This document shows positions 1-13,274 of a stretch of DNA of 64,000 bases, in pieces. Position 1 is the stretch's first letter. The number at the start of each line of letters is the position of its first letter. Position numbers and translations under genes: made by a program. Under the pieces are notes generated by a model. That model saw nothing but the letters and a program-made list of their open reading frames with translations, had not been told where the DNA came from and made no database searches. Source of the stretch: Macrostomum lignano (lineage: Eukaryota); the NCBI GenBank assembly GCA_002269645.1, contig NIVC01001908.1:124001-188000 (forward strand), read 5' to 3'.

Positions 1-300
1 CCCCTGAGAATCAACAGTAATTGAATTTCCCTTTGAGAATCAACAGAGTATGAGAATTCCCCTTTAAGAAGTATAGGAATACCCCTGAGAATCAACAGTA
101 AGTGAATTTTCCCTTGAGAATCAAAAAAGTATCGGAATTCCCCTTGGGAATCAGCAGAGTATGGGAATTCCCCCTTGAGAATTAGAAAAGTATGCGGGGA
201 ATTCCCCCTTGAGAATCAGCACAGTATGGGAATTCCCCCTTGAGAATCAGCACAGCATGGGAATTCCCCCTTGAGAATCAGCAGAGTATGGGAATTCCTT
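1..300. repeat. Degenerate ~29-31 bp minisatellite (GAGAATCAGCAGAGTATGGGAATTCCCCTT-like), intronic to the calcineurin-B-like gene
   Basis: About 10 visibly related units read directly from the sequence. Confidence 0.85.
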
Positions 301-383
301 TCTCGATAATCAGCAGAGCATCAAGAACAGATTGATTGAGTTCCAATGTTTGCATCGCAGAAATTTTAATATTCAAATTTCAG

Positions 384-566
384 GCCGAAGGTCACTCCGT
401 GTTTCGCGCAACGCCTCAACAGCTGCAGGCTTACAGCCGGTTCTGCAGCTACACGGAAGAGGAAGTCAACCAAGTGCTGGCCAAGTACCGCCAATTGGAT
501 AGGAGCAGAAACCACACTGCCGGTGTGTGGTACGAAGATCTGGCTGGAAAATGCACTGAAATGCAG
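384..566 (+). CDS. Calcineurin B-like (CNB/CHP family) EF-hand protein, internal exon; start exon lies upstream of the window
   Basis: TTTCAG| acceptor at 383 and CAG|GTGCGC donor at 567, phase 0. CSYTEEEVNQVLAKYRQLD aligns with CNB CSHFDADEIKRLGKRFKKLD; CTEMQ-GNRLL aligns with LPELQQNPLV. Confidence 0.85.
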
Positions 567-685
567 GTGCGCTTTAAATATTCGCTGGGTGTCTGACATT
601 CCGTCTCCACTCTGATATGCTTTTGTTGACTCCCCTTGAGATACTTAATGGCTCATTTTGAGATCCCCTTTTACTGACTCATACT

Positions 686-985
686 GATCCTATCTCATTC
701 CTAAGATCCTGTCTCATTCCTAAGATCCTGTCTCATACCTAAGATCCTATCTCACCCTAAGATCCTGTCTAAACTTTAAGATCCTGTCTCATACCTAAGA
801 CTCTATCTTATTCCTAAGATCCTGTCTCATACCTAAAATCCTATGTCACCCTAAGATCCTGTCTCACCTTTAAGATCCTGTCTCACGCATATAGATCCTG
901 TCTCACGCATATAGATCCTGTCTCATCCCTAAGATCCTATCTCACCCTAGAGATAGTGTCTTAACCCCAAGATGCTATCTCTTCA
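686..985. repeat. ~19 bp minisatellite (CTAAGATCCTGTCTCATWC), intronic
   Basis: About 15 tandem units seen directly. Confidence 0.9.
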
Positions 986-1063
986 CTGAGAAATCTTGAG
1001 ACTTCACTGAAGTCCTATCACACTATGTCACCATCCCTTGATATCCCTTGCCATCTGCCGCAG

Positions 1064-1444
1064 GGCAATCGCTTGCTTACGCTCGCTGCCAAGGCCGTCG
1101 CCGGCTCCACCAGCCGCCTCGATGTTGACCGATTCGTCAGGTTAGTCTGGCTGCTATCCAGCCGGGCCAGCGTGCAGGAGAAACGCGACCTGCTCTGGCG
1201 CGTGCTGGACCCCCACCAGACTGGTCGAGTGCGGCGGGCCGGCCTGTTTAGATTCCTATCCGCCACCGTGGGCGGCAACCTTTCAGATGATCAGCTGCTT
1301 GACCTAGTTGAATCGGCTCTGGCCGCCGCCGATCCGAAACCGGCCGGCCTGGAGCCCGAGCTCACTAGGGAGTATTTCTTCTCGGCTATGGTTAGCGATT
1401 TGTTGGTTTTTCAAAAACTAACCGCCGATTTGCACTATAACTAG
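1064..1444 (+). CDS. Calcineurin B-like EF-hand protein, last exon
   Basis: CCGCAG| acceptor at 1063, phase 0, TAG at 1442-1444. EKRDLLWRVLDPHQTGRV..LFRFLSATVGGNLSDDQLLDLVESALAAAD aligns with CNB [48 protein letters not shown]. Confidence 0.88.
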   Translation, partial: GNRLLTLAAKAVAGSTSRLDVDRFVRLVWLLSSRASVQEKRDLLWRVLDPHQTGRVRRAGLFRFLSATVGGNLSDDQLLDLVESALAAADPKPAGLEPELTREYFFSAMVSDLLVFQKLTADLHYN

Positions 1445-1593
1445 TAGTTATGCGATAGTAGTATCTACTGCGGGCGTGATGTTTGATTTTCAGTGACTTT
1501 CTTAGATAATCTGCTCAAATTTTGATAAAACTGTGATTCAACTTTGATACAGTTAACTTGTGCATTCCATTATTATTGTGATCATGTCCTTTC

Positions 1594-1599
1594 AATAAA
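1594..1599 (+). terminator. AATAAA polyadenylation signal of the CNB-like gene
   Basis: Canonical hexamer 150 nt after the stop codon, followed by T-rich sequence. Confidence 0.6.
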
Positions 1600-1671
1600 A
1601 AATCTCTGATTTATTTATTCCTATAGTACTTTGTTCTCAATGAACAGCTTTACTAGATAAAAAATAAACTG

Positions 1672-1692
1672 GATAGATAGATGGATAGATAG

Positions 1693-1767
<75 letters not shown>

Positions 1768-1768
1768 C

Positions 1769-1851
<83 letters not shown>

Positions 1852-1880
1852 CAGATAGATAGATAGATAGATAGATAGAC

Positions 1881-1934
<54 letters not shown>
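1672..1934. repeat. (GATA)n microsatellite with a few GACA units
   Basis: Seen directly. Confidence 0.98.
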
Positions 1935-2002
1935 CCCTTCCCCCTGCACCCACCCAGCTACACAGCAGTCGCCGCTGCACAATTCCAGCCTACCTAAGCA
2001 CA

Positions 2003-2177
2003 ATGCAGAAGCCACTAGCAGCAGCCGGGCCCGGCGCCCTCCAGCCGGACGTGCAGGCGATTCGTCAGCAGCAGCAGCAGCTGGGCACAGTAGCGAAAGT
2101 GCTCATCACATTCAGCCTGCTGCTCATCGTATTGCCTATTACCCTGTACTTCATAACTAAATCGCTTCTATTTGAAG
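2003..2177 (+). CDS. VMA21: V-ATPase assembly factor VMA21, exon 1
   Basis: [28 protein letters not shown] matches VMA21 KTLLFFTALMITVPIGLYFTTKSYIFEG; donor G|GTTGGT at 2178, phase 1. Confidence 0.93.
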
Positions 2178-2260
2178 GTTGGTATTTTAATTTTTCGTTT
2201 TTAAACTCTTACCTACTTAAAAGTAGTAAAAATTTTATTTGCATTTCCGAATTGATTTAG

Positions 2261-2415
2261 GCTTTCTGTCCATCGCGCCGCGTCAGAGCTACATCTACGC
2301 GGCCATTGTTGCCGTGGTTACCGTGCACATCATCCTGGCCGGTTTCGTGTTCTTCGCCTTCTGGGAGGGCGGCACTGGTAAAGAGGTGCCCGATGCGGCT
2401 GCTAAACAGGACTAA
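2261..2415 (+). CDS. VMA21: VMA21, exon 2
   Basis: 83-nt intron ending TTTAG at 2260. Exon translates GFLSIAPRQSYIYAAIVAVVTVHIILAGFVFFAFWEG...KQD*, matching the VMA21 SYxYAAIVAVVxVH motif and the C-terminal KQD. Absent from the ORF track. Confidence 0.93.
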
Positions 2416-2497
2416 ATAATTCTTTTTTATTCAGTACTAACCTGTGCTTGATTTTTTCAGTAAATGTATGTGCTGCCTTGTATGGCCATAAATGGTA

Positions 2498-3622
2498 GAT
2501 TCAATGACTGAGGGAGCGGAGAGAGGCAGATTCAATGGCTGAGGGAGCGGAGAGAGGCAGATTCAATGACTGAGGGAGAGGAGAGAGGCAGATTCAATGA
2601 CTGAGGGAGCGGAGAGAGGCAGATTCAATGACTGAGGGAGAGGAGAGAGGCAGATTCAATGACTGAGAGAGCGGAGAGAGGCAGATTCAATGGCTGAGGG
2701 AGCGGAGAGAGGCAGATTCAATGACTGAGGGAGAGGAGAGAGGTAGATTCAATGGCTGAGGAAGCGGAGAGAGGCAGATTCAATGACTGAGAGAGCGGAG
2801 AGAGGCAGATTCAATGGCTGAGGGAGCGGAGAGAGGCAGATTCAATGGCTGAGGGAGCGGAGAGAGGCAGATTCAATGGCTGAGGGAGCGGAGAGAGGCA
2901 GATTCAATGACTGAGGGAGAGGAGAGAGGCAGATTCAATGGCTGAGGGAGCGAGAGAGGCAGATTCAATGACTGAGGGAGCGGAGAGAGGCAGATTCAAT
3001 GACTGAGGGAGCGGAGAGAGGCAGATTCAATGACTGAGGGAGCTGAGAGAGGCAGATTCAATGACTGAGGGAGCGGAGAGAGGCAGATTCAATGACTGAG
3101 GGAGCGGAGAGAGGCAGATTCAATGACTGAGGGAGCGGAGAGAGGCAGATTCAATGACTGAGGGAGCGGAGAGAGGCAGATTCAATGACTGAGGGAGCGG
3201 AGAGAGGCAGATTCAATGACTGAGGGAGCGGAGAGAGGCAGATTCAATGACTGAGGGAGCTGAGAGAGGCAGATTCAATGACTGAGGGAGCGGAGAGAGG
3301 CAGATTCAATGACTGAGGGAGCGGAGAGAGGCAGATTCAATGACTGAGAGAGCGGAGAGAGGCAGATTCAATGACTGAGGGAGAGGAGAGAGGCAGATTC
3401 AATGACTGAGGGAGAGGAGAGAGGCAGATTCAATGACTGAGGGAGAGGAGAGAGGCAGATTCAATGGCTGAGGGAGAGGAGAGAGGCAGATTCAATGACT
3501 GAGGGAGAGGAGAGAGGCAGATTCAATGACTGAGGGAGAGGAGAGAGGCAGATTCAATGACTGAGGGAGAGGAGGGAGGCAGATTCAATGGCTAAGGGGG
3601 GCCGGAGAGAGTCAGGCTCAAT
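2498..3622. repeat. 31 bp minisatellite (GATTCAATGACTGAGGGAGCGGAGAGAGGCA), ~36 copies
   Basis: Period 31 measured (2498 to 2529); highly homogeneous. Confidence 0.97.
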
Positions 3623-5134
3623 GGCAAGCCTACTATTAATCGCAAATTCGCATAATGTTCCCAGTACAAGTACGTAGTTTGTTAACTTTTGTATCGGCTT
3701 AGCAAAAGTACAATTTGTTTGCTAAAGTTATTCTCTATTATAGCTAGTGTCTGTACATAGCCACCCAGTGTTTATAACTACTGTCCTGTGGTTTTTCTCG
3801 GCTTTTTTATTCAAAAAAGAACATTGTGTTCGTTTATTCAGAGTTTTTTCGTTTTTGGTTACCCGTTTTTTACTCCATTATAATTAAATTTGGTTCGGTG
3901 TTCCTAATTCAATTCTAAATAAATATGTACTTTCATATTGACGAGTGGAAATTCAAATATGAACTGATAATTATGCACTGACACTGAACTAGTATATAAT
4001 CGCATCTTATTAACGGTTTTTTTTCTTTATTAGCTTCGAATGTTTCGTTAAGCCCAGTACTAGCGCAGAAAGTTAAGCAAATTTAGCCGCGGTTAGTACA
4101 CAGCTGAATAGGCTGGCGTAGTCTCTCAAGGCACACGATGCAATCAAGTTGGCTTCTGGGGGGCTTGAATGCACTGGTCTATATGACAAAATTCCAGCTA
4201 ATAAAATCATTGGAACTAAGATTATATACTGACTTATACTGACGTACGAGTAAGCTGGAGAAAAAGTAAATGGAAAAACAAGGACGTACGGACTACCCCT
4301 CCAGGTAGATAAAAAATGGCACAGCACAAAGCTTCTCCAATGAGTCGTGTAGCCTGTAGCCCTGTCAGTCCCATTCTTCATTAAAAGTGCGCATTTGCCG
4401 TCGTCTAAAGAGGATTTCTATCTTTCTCTCTTGTTTTCAACATTTTTTCCGGACAAAATCGTTAACTCGATGGGATGCAGGGTATCGGTCGTTTGCTCGC
4501 TTAAATTGCCCTTGTGCCCGTTTGTTCCTATGTTCCCTTGCTGCTGCAGTTGTCTCCTCGTCCCCTTTGTCGTTTCCTCTCCTTTGTCGTTGCCTCCTGT
4601 CGATTCCCACGGGTTCCTGGCCCCGCTCACCTCTAGCTTGCGACGAGAGTTTCCGATTGATAGCTGCACTGGGCCTCATCAACTCAAACTCAAGGGCTTC
4701 ATCCTGCCGGCGCCTATATCTGGTTAGGGGAAGGCGGAGAAGGTCTTGCATTTCCCCGCATCCCCGGCTCCCGATCGCTATTTAAGAATGGAAAAATGCA
4801 CTTGCCGATTCGGGCGCTTGCATCTGCCTCTTTTGATTATCGCGCATTCCGGGTCTCGGATGAGGACAAGGAGAAGGATGATGAGGCTGGAAAGACCTGA
4901 TGTCGCATATCTATGGATTGGATTCGGGAAAAAATACCGTTGTGAATGAAGGGCTGTTGAAAATTCTCCCGTGTGGGAATATGGAAGAAGCGTTTTAAAT
5001 ATACTGGTAGCTCGTATATGCATCCACCTATACTAAAATGGTTTGTCGGTATCTTCTACGAGCTATTGAAACTAAATTCCATGGAAATTGACTCCCTAAT
5101 TTTTTTTCTTTTGTTTTCCTTTGATTTTATCTTC

Positions 5135-5440
5135 TTTACCCTGAAGATTAGCCTCAAACCACCCTGAAGATTCGCCTGAAATCACCATGAAGATTCGCCT
5201 CAAACCACCCTGAAGTGTCGCCTGAAATCACCCTGAAGAGTTGCCTGAAACTACCCTGAAGAGTCGCCTGAAATCACCATGAAGATTCGCCTCAAACCAC
5301 TCTGAAGAGTTGCCTGAAATCACCATGAAGATTCGCCTCAAACCACTCTGAAGAGTTGCCTGAAATCACCCTGAAGATTCATCTCAAACCACCCTGAAGA
5401 TTAGCCTCAAACTACGCTGAAGAGTCGTCTTAAACCACTA
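5135..5440. repeat. 23 bp minisatellite (ACCACCCTGAAGATTCGCCTCAA-like), ~13 copies
   Basis: Period 23 measured (5141, 5164, 5187). Confidence 0.92.
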
Positions 5441-6107
5441 CAAAATCAAATCTACTTTTAGTATTCAGGCTAATGTGTAATTCTAAATAGCATCAAACAC
5501 CAGTGTGAGACATACTACTTATTACACTCACTGAATAAGTAGTACCTATCGGATATTAATAGGCATTTATTAATAGAGATTTCCCATTGGTTGCCAGGTG
5601 CCTCCGCCAATCCGGAGATGGAGATGGACTTGGCGCTTGCCGCCCTCTTCGGTTCATTTTTAGGAAGTTTTATAACCGAGTCCCGACGTTCAGGCAGACA
5701 CCCAGCTATTTGTATTTATTAGATCGCTCTTCTGACAGGTCTCTAGCTGCCGTGCACATCAAATTCTTCATCATATCAGCACCACATTGAAAATGTGTAG
5801 CCACCAAAGTTGAATCAGTCTTGAGTTCAGGCGTCTTGACAACTACTGAGCGAAGAGTCAAACCACGCTTCCTAATATGATGGTGAGTCAATTTTTTAAT
5901 CATTTTCAGAACGACAGTTTAAATTTGTGGAACGATGGAAAAGCATTGAGAATCTCCGCCTGCAACTGTTGCTCTGACTCAATAATGAGAAACATTACAT
6001 ATACATGTATTCGAGATTGGCTTCAATTCTCGTAAGAATTTTCTTGAAATTTCACAAAATATGGCTGGTTTTTTTAATGAGAATCATTCAATATTACCTA
6101 AGGAGCC

Positions 6108-6575
6108 GCCTCAAATTACCACAAAAATCGCCTAAAATTAACTCAAGAATCGCCCCAAATTGCCCCAAGAATCGCCCCAAGCTACCACAAGAATCGCCCC
6201 AAATTACCCCAAGAATCGCCCCAAGTTACCACAAGAATCGCCCCAAATTACCCCAAGAATCGCCCCAAGTTACCACAAGAATCGCCCCAAATTACCCCAA
6301 GAATCGCCCCAAATTACCCCAAGAATCGCCCTAAGTTACCACAAGAAACGCCCCAAATTACCCCAAGAATCGCCCCAAATTACCCCAAGAATCGCCCCAA
6401 ATTGCCCCAAGAATCGCCCCAAGCTACCACAAGAATCGCCCCAAGTTACTACAAGAATCGCCCCAAATTGCCCCAAGAATCGCCCCAAGCTACCACAAGA
6501 ATCGCCTCAAATTACCCCAATAATCGGCCTAAATTACCCCAAGAATCGCCTCAAATTACCCCAATAATCGGTCCA
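6108..6575. repeat. 22 bp minisatellite (AAGAATCGCCCCAAATTACCCC), ~21 copies
   Basis: Seen directly; accounts for the PQESPQ ORFs. Confidence 0.95.
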
Positions 6576-7699
6576 AACTTCCTCGCTCCAAATTGCATAA
6601 AAACTTTTTTCAAAATCTGAGTCCGTTTCCCTCAGCGTCAGACTGGCGGCAAGACGAAACTCTCGGGGCCTTTAAAAGTAGGCGCAACACGAATAGGGTC
6701 GGTCAGAATCTGGAACATGACAGTTCCTTACTGGCTCTGGCTCTGGTACGTTGTCGCGGTGAAGGGGGCAATTAATTTTCCGTTTTTCCGCTTATCACAG
6801 CCATCTGAGCAGGCCTAGCCCGCAGCCTCCCTAAAGCATCTGCTTTCCACTCTCTCTGTCTGCCTCGCCGTCCCTCTCATTTTATGCGTGTCTTCAACTC
6901 CTTAATTACCCATACATGTGCTCAGTGTCTCACTTTCTTATCCCTCCCCTCTTTGGCTTGAGTCCGAGCTAAGGTTGTGTGCTCAGCCTGAAAAGACAGG
7001 CGAGCACACACAACATGAACAAGCCTCTTTACCTGTCCACTTTGTAGATTTAATAAATTTATCCGATGTTTAGCTTTCCCTGACGTCGGGGGGAGGGGGG
7101 CGGAGTCAGTGAGCCAAGTTCACCGTGTGCAGATTTTGGAATCTCATATGAGACAATGACGAGACACCTAATTGGCTGTGGTTAGCAATTTGCATGGCTA
7201 GAGTATCAGTATCAGTGATGTCGGAACTCCTTAAAAGCAAATAAAGCATACGTCTGCTTGTATCCTTGTTACTCAATGCAGCTGGAAGTGTGTTGACCAG
7301 CTGAAGCAGGAAGTAATTAATTTTTAGACCATGCAGGGTCCTGACACTGTGCGCAGTGAATTACCTATAAATAACCGCACCGGACTCACCTATTTGATGG
7401 AAAAGACAAACAGAAATACTCATATATAAATATACCCACATTAGTTTCTTGTTTTGTGCACCAATGATCAGGACTGCTCGGTTGAGTACATTGCGAATTA
7501 ATCCCCGCAATGGCTCACTACTGGGTGCGTTTCGTGCCTCTCTGCAGTTGAGTGACCCCCCAGGAGCAACCCGAGAGAGGGAGAGAGAGAGAGTAGGTTT
7601 CTGGGTTGATACGGAATCGATGCCTCATCCTATTCAGAGGCTGGTAGTGTGACGAGCGGCAATCTATAAAGGCAGAAAATGTCCCTCTCTATCATTCTG

Positions 7700-8620
7700 C
7701 GTGGAGATGGATTTATCCCACAAAAAACACTATCATTCCCAGACTTAATCCAGCCAAATCCAACCAATTATTGATTTTTGGACGGATGAGCAACTGACTG
7801 AAAGATTTTCAATTACTATGGCTGTGCAAAAATGCGCAGTTCTTACAAAATCAGATTCTACATAGGCTGCTCCACAAGATGGCACTTCAGGTCGTTCCGG
7901 TGTCACACTTCATCGTGCCGTCGCCTCACGCAGATACCTTAAAATCCGATGCAAATTTTACCACCGAACGAAGCCCCATCAACTCCCCGCTTGCGTCACA
8001 ACTTCGACCTCAAGACAGCTGGGTCTCTTCTAACCTTATCGATTTTGGTACACAGAAAATCAGCGGGCTTCATCTGGTTGACAAGCGAAAGCTTCGCTTC
8101 GACTTGATTTGTTCCATGGGTGGAATAGATAGCACAGCACGGATAGCTTTAACAGACAGCTTTTATAGTGAAGCCACATAGAACTTCAGGAGAGGCTCTG
8201 CAGCTCATTATTTTCGCCGTTTTCAAAGGCCTTCGCCAACTCGAAATCAAAGCGTGTTATAGGTAGTTTACTAGCTTCCCAGTGACTCAGTCAGCTTAAA
8301 CCTTTAAAAAGCACCACGCACAGCTGACAAAATTTTAAAAATTTCCAGAAACTTTCTCTGTCGCTCAATTAATGCGACAAGCATTTTATTTCCCATAGGA
8401 CTCGTTGCTGTATAAATGCATCTAATTTTAGCTGGACAAAGTATAGCAAGTCTAGCATTAGCAGAGCAGCCTGGACTGCCATCTAAACAAACTATTGCGT
8501 AATCATTGAGCAACAATTTATGCCAAGTCACTCCGTCCCTTCCATCATGTCGGCCGCCCAATGCATCTCGCACTGCTAGAAAGTCGCATGGAAACTGGGA
8601 AAGCGATGGGGGGAGTAAAG
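7700..8620 (-). mobile_element. Possible decayed non-LTR retrotransposon (APE endonuclease/linker) fragment
   Basis: Minus-strand CDFLAVRDALGG..DG..LLNDYAIVCLDGSP resembles GDFNA.H..WG..D..G..L..LN.GSPT; downstream WLHYKSCLLKAIRAVLSIP resembles the post-endonuclease linker. Many stops. Confidence 0.3.
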
Positions 8621-9429
8621 CCTGACACGCTTCGATAGGTATTGGGATTAACTATAGTTTCGTGTAACTCTTACAGCGTGTAACTCATTAGGTAGTTTGC
8701 AGTGGGCTTTGGGATATATTGTCTGTTCACACTTCTTAACCGTGTTCGGAGGAACCTGCTGTGGCCTTGCCTTGGTAATTCGCGTGGCACCTTGGTTGTG
8801 GGGGCTTCCTAGATCGCTATTTTGAACCTAAGACCCGCCCGGCTACTCAGAGACACCAGACGTCGGCCCACTGCATCAACCCTAGCAACTCTGCTACCAA
8901 AGTTCGGTGCAGTTACGCCAATGTTGCAGTTTGCCACGCGTATTTATTAGGAAAATAGCGCGAATTGTCGGCCGCGGAGTTCCAGACGAAGAAGCAGAAT
9001 AAAGAAATAAAAAAGCAGAGAAAAGACGGGGCGGCAAAATTTCCCACTTCTGAGGAGTGAAGAGTTTTCGCGCAACCCTGGCTAGCTGCCGCGTAGGCTC
9101 CTCCTGTGTTTTCCTCTTGCTATTTTTCTCCTTATTCTTCATCCTCTCTCCTTTCTTCTTTCTTTCTTTTCCCGCCCGCCAGCGCAGCTATAGGAGGTGC
9201 GCTGCTTACCTGCCAGGCGTCATTAATCAGGGCTGTCAGTTCAGCTTTACAGGCTCTGCGGGAGGCCGCTGGGGGGGCGTGGGAGCTAACCTGATGTGCC
9301 TTCGGCTACACAGATTTTGCGGCGCAAAGGCGAGGGGTGTTACTGTGCTCAGACACAATATTGACTAGCTAAGCAGTTTACAGGTGTGCCGCCAGAGACT
9401 ATCAATTAGATTTCTACTGTGTGTAATAA

Positions 9430-9744
<315 letters not shown>

Positions 9745-10544
9745 TAAGTTATAAAATTGTACTACAGGCAATGCGTACAATGGAACAGCAGTGGCAATTT
9801 ACCCATCAAAAATGGAACCCAACCCTTCTAGCACTTTTTCCCTAGCTCCCTCCCCTCGTTTTGCGTCTGATAATTATGATTACGTTAGGCACCTGTCTTC
9901 ACTCCCCAGCCACCACCCCGCACCGCAAATAGCACATCCCAAACTGCCAGCATGCAACCCGCGTTCTGCGCTTTCAACATCATTTTTTTAGAAATTTAAT
10001 TTCCCATCACGCGCTGCAGCTCGCCCTTCCCCTGGACCCAGCTGCAATCGTTTGGCTTTGGGAAAAAAAGAACTAGAAAACTACAAGCTGAGGGGCGGGA
10101 GACAGCCACAGGAATTGCAAGGCCAGCTTTGACAGGCAGGCAGACAATCGAAGCCCGGGATTGGCAGGTTGACAGCGGGAGGTGCCAAAGCTGAGTGGTG
10201 ACAGCCACCCTGTTGCAGGCGCGTATCCCTGCTCCGGACTCCAATATGAGCGACTGGGTGGGGTTGGGGTTGAAGCAGTGGCAGGCCTCGGGACTCTCGG
10301 TCAGGAAATTATGAGTGCATAGGAAATGCAAGTCAGCGCGTGGCTAGAGAGGCTAGAGAGATGGGGCAGAAAAATGCAAAATGCAGGGGACCCAGCCTCT
10401 GTGAGATGGATTTTTGTATGCTTCAAGTACAGATTAAATAAGTCAACTATAACACTACATATCATTTCTTAGAAAAGCAACTTGAAACATTCAATTTAAA
10501 TTTCAAGAAATATGAATGCAATAAATTTTAGCCAGCACTGGTTT

Positions 10545-10875
10545 GACCTTAGCGCACTACCTTAGCGCGAGAGGAATTACTTGCCCATTCTGCCCCGACT
10601 CCCCTGAGCAGGCACACAAGCATGCGGATACGTACGCAGTCATACGCACAGGCACACACTCACACGGGAGTGTACAGCGGCCCTAACTTTATTTATCGTT
10701 GGGCATCTACATTTCAAGGTGACTTGGGGTTGGTCCTCAAGGGCGTTAATCTCACGAGCAGAGCCAAGCCGAGATTCCAATTTATCCCTAAATTAATGCG
10801 ACTGCACTTAGAATCGAGCTTCGGCCGCTGGCGCATCAGAGCGCCTCACTAGACCAACTAGGCTACACCCTCCCC
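10545..10875 (-). mobile_element. tRNA-derived SINE, copy 1
   Basis: Reverse-complement homologous over ~330 bp to 61960-62327; diverged A box (TAGCCTAGTTGG) and B box (AGCTCGATTCT). Confidence 0.8.
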
Positions 10876-12461
10876 CTTTTGATTACCGATATGTATTGTA
10901 AATCATTTTATGCACTACGGTTTTTTAAAAACGATAAATAAGCTACGTTTAATGATTTGGGTTCTTTTCTCGCCATTTCTCTTTTCCTCTTGGCAACAGG
11001 AAATATCATTTTGGCCAAACTGCGATCGTATTAGATAACTTTTAGCGCCGTTAATCGCGCATCCTTGCACTGTCAGCAAGGCTGCTTGGCCCGTGATGTA
11101 AAACAGATTTCACGGCAACAAGCAGGGAAGCAGTTGCGAGAGTTTGTAAGTTTTGCCTGCACAAAAGCCGGAGCCAACTGAGTTAGATTATACAGCAAGA
11201 TTGCCGGCTGTGCCAGTGCACTGCGAGAGAGCGGGTGCTACGAAAATTGGCTCTTAATTGGGAAATGGTGTGCGCGCGTCGCAGCGCAGCACATCCCGAA
11301 AACTTGTGCCACATAGCAGCAATACTTCGTTTTCCTTCGTCGCCATGCTAGCAGTCAGCAGTTCTCTCCCACACAAGTGGGTCTCCGGTGGATCCCCCAC
11401 TTCAGCCTCCGTTTTCGACTTCTCGTGTCAGCAACTTTTGAGCTGGGGGGGAATAAAAAAACTCTGTTGCTTCTAAAAGAAAATTTGCATCGCCTACGTA
11501 AGCCCCCCCCCCGTGACAGGGTGTCAGTGCAGTTTCTGAAGTTTCACTTTGAGCATTCAAAATGCAGAGAGGCTGCAGCTGCGCTGCTCTCAATGGCTGG
11601 ACTCAATTTCTGCCAGAAAATTTTACTGGAAAATGCAGATATTCCCTTATAGGTTGCATCCGGGACATCATATTTTGTTCTGTGGTAAATCTTTGTATAG
11701 AAATCGCTCTTGTTAATGAAGACTCATTCTTAGAGAGGCGCTTTTTGTTTGCTACTCATTTCCAAGGCCTTCGGAATCCAACTCGAAGATTCACCGTTCA
11801 TAGAACCGGAAGGTTCTGAATTTCAGCTAAGATGAGTCATCGCGCCCTTGACCATATCCTTGCTTATTTGCGTTTCTATGCAACCAGCGCGTGCAGTTTC
11901 CATCCGGGGCGCCGCCTCCCATTTGGAGTCAAAAATGAAACAACAACACTGAGCCAATTTAAAGCTCTGAATTCACACTTCTTTTGGTTAATTCCGATTT
12001 TCCAATCTTGCCTTCTTTTCGGGAGTTCGATTCGGATGTTGGACGTCAGGTGACGACAACTTGAGGGCGCGGGTCGCCACCCTCTCCCACCCCATTCGAA
12101 GCAGTTGGCCTCGCAGTTTCTGATCAACTTGCTTCTTTTAATAAACCGTCGGCTTCTCTGTCTCTCGGTCGGCCAAAGCAGTTGCCGCGTCCCCGACAGA
12201 CTCACTCGGGGGCTCGGGCTGCGTCTTCCGGCCACTTGGGACTGCTGATGACGCAATCGCGCTGACCCGCCGCCTCCCATTCCATCACTCACGCCTCGAC
12301 GCCTGTCCAGCTGACCCCCGCCGAGGCTCGGGCCTGCAGGATGGGGGAGGACACCGCCGGACAGCTGCTGACTGCCGCCGCCGCTGACTGCCCTTGGGGA
12401 GGGGGGGGGGTCCGCTTTATCGCCAACTTTGAGAGACAGTCAAAATAGAACCAAGTGTCTT

Positions 12462-12661
<200 letters not shown>

Positions 12662-13274
12662 TCATCAAATTGTTAGTTTTGCCGCTCGCAGCTTCAACAT
12701 TAGTAAAGCAGCAGCAAGGGGCAGATTTCCAGCGCACTGATGAGGCGCCCGCGTGGGAAAAAAAGTCTCCATCGCGTGCCCTCTCAGCATCAAAGCTGCA
12801 GATCTCAATAGATATGAGGAGCTCATCAGTCTGTCAAATCAACAGCAAACGCTGCTTCCATTCGGATTCTTTCGCTTCGGGCGTGGGTTGGGGGGGGGCC
12901 TTTTGCCCTCTTTAAATCAGTTCAGCAACTGCCCAGCTGGCCCGCTTGTCCTCATCGCATTCAGGCGCGGCCCCTTCCTTGTTGGCATTTTTTGTCTTTA
13001 TCTTTTTTTGCTTTACCCCTCGGCCGATGCAGTCTCCGATCTCGCTGCCCCTCCTCCCTCATCGCTAACCACAGCGTTTATCCCTGCTGATGAACACCTA
13101 GAGTCGTTATATTGAAAATCGCATCGCGAATGCCTTTCTCTGCGGGATGTCATTCTCCGACTGACTTTCGCTTCCCTCCTAGCAACTGACACGGCTGCAA
13201 TGTCCGTCATTTCTTTGTCAAACAAAGAAAAAAGTTGCTGTGCGGTCAATTAAATTGTACTATTGTAGGTAGGC

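Noticed and set aside
160-270. GGGAATTCCC palindromes as NF-kB sites
   Set aside because: They are part of an intronic minisatellite unit with no independent evidence of regulatory function
4740-4780. Minus-strand GAGDAGKC as a P-loop
   Set aside because: Lacks Ser/Thr after GK, lies in a frame closed by nearby stops, and has no other NTPase motifs
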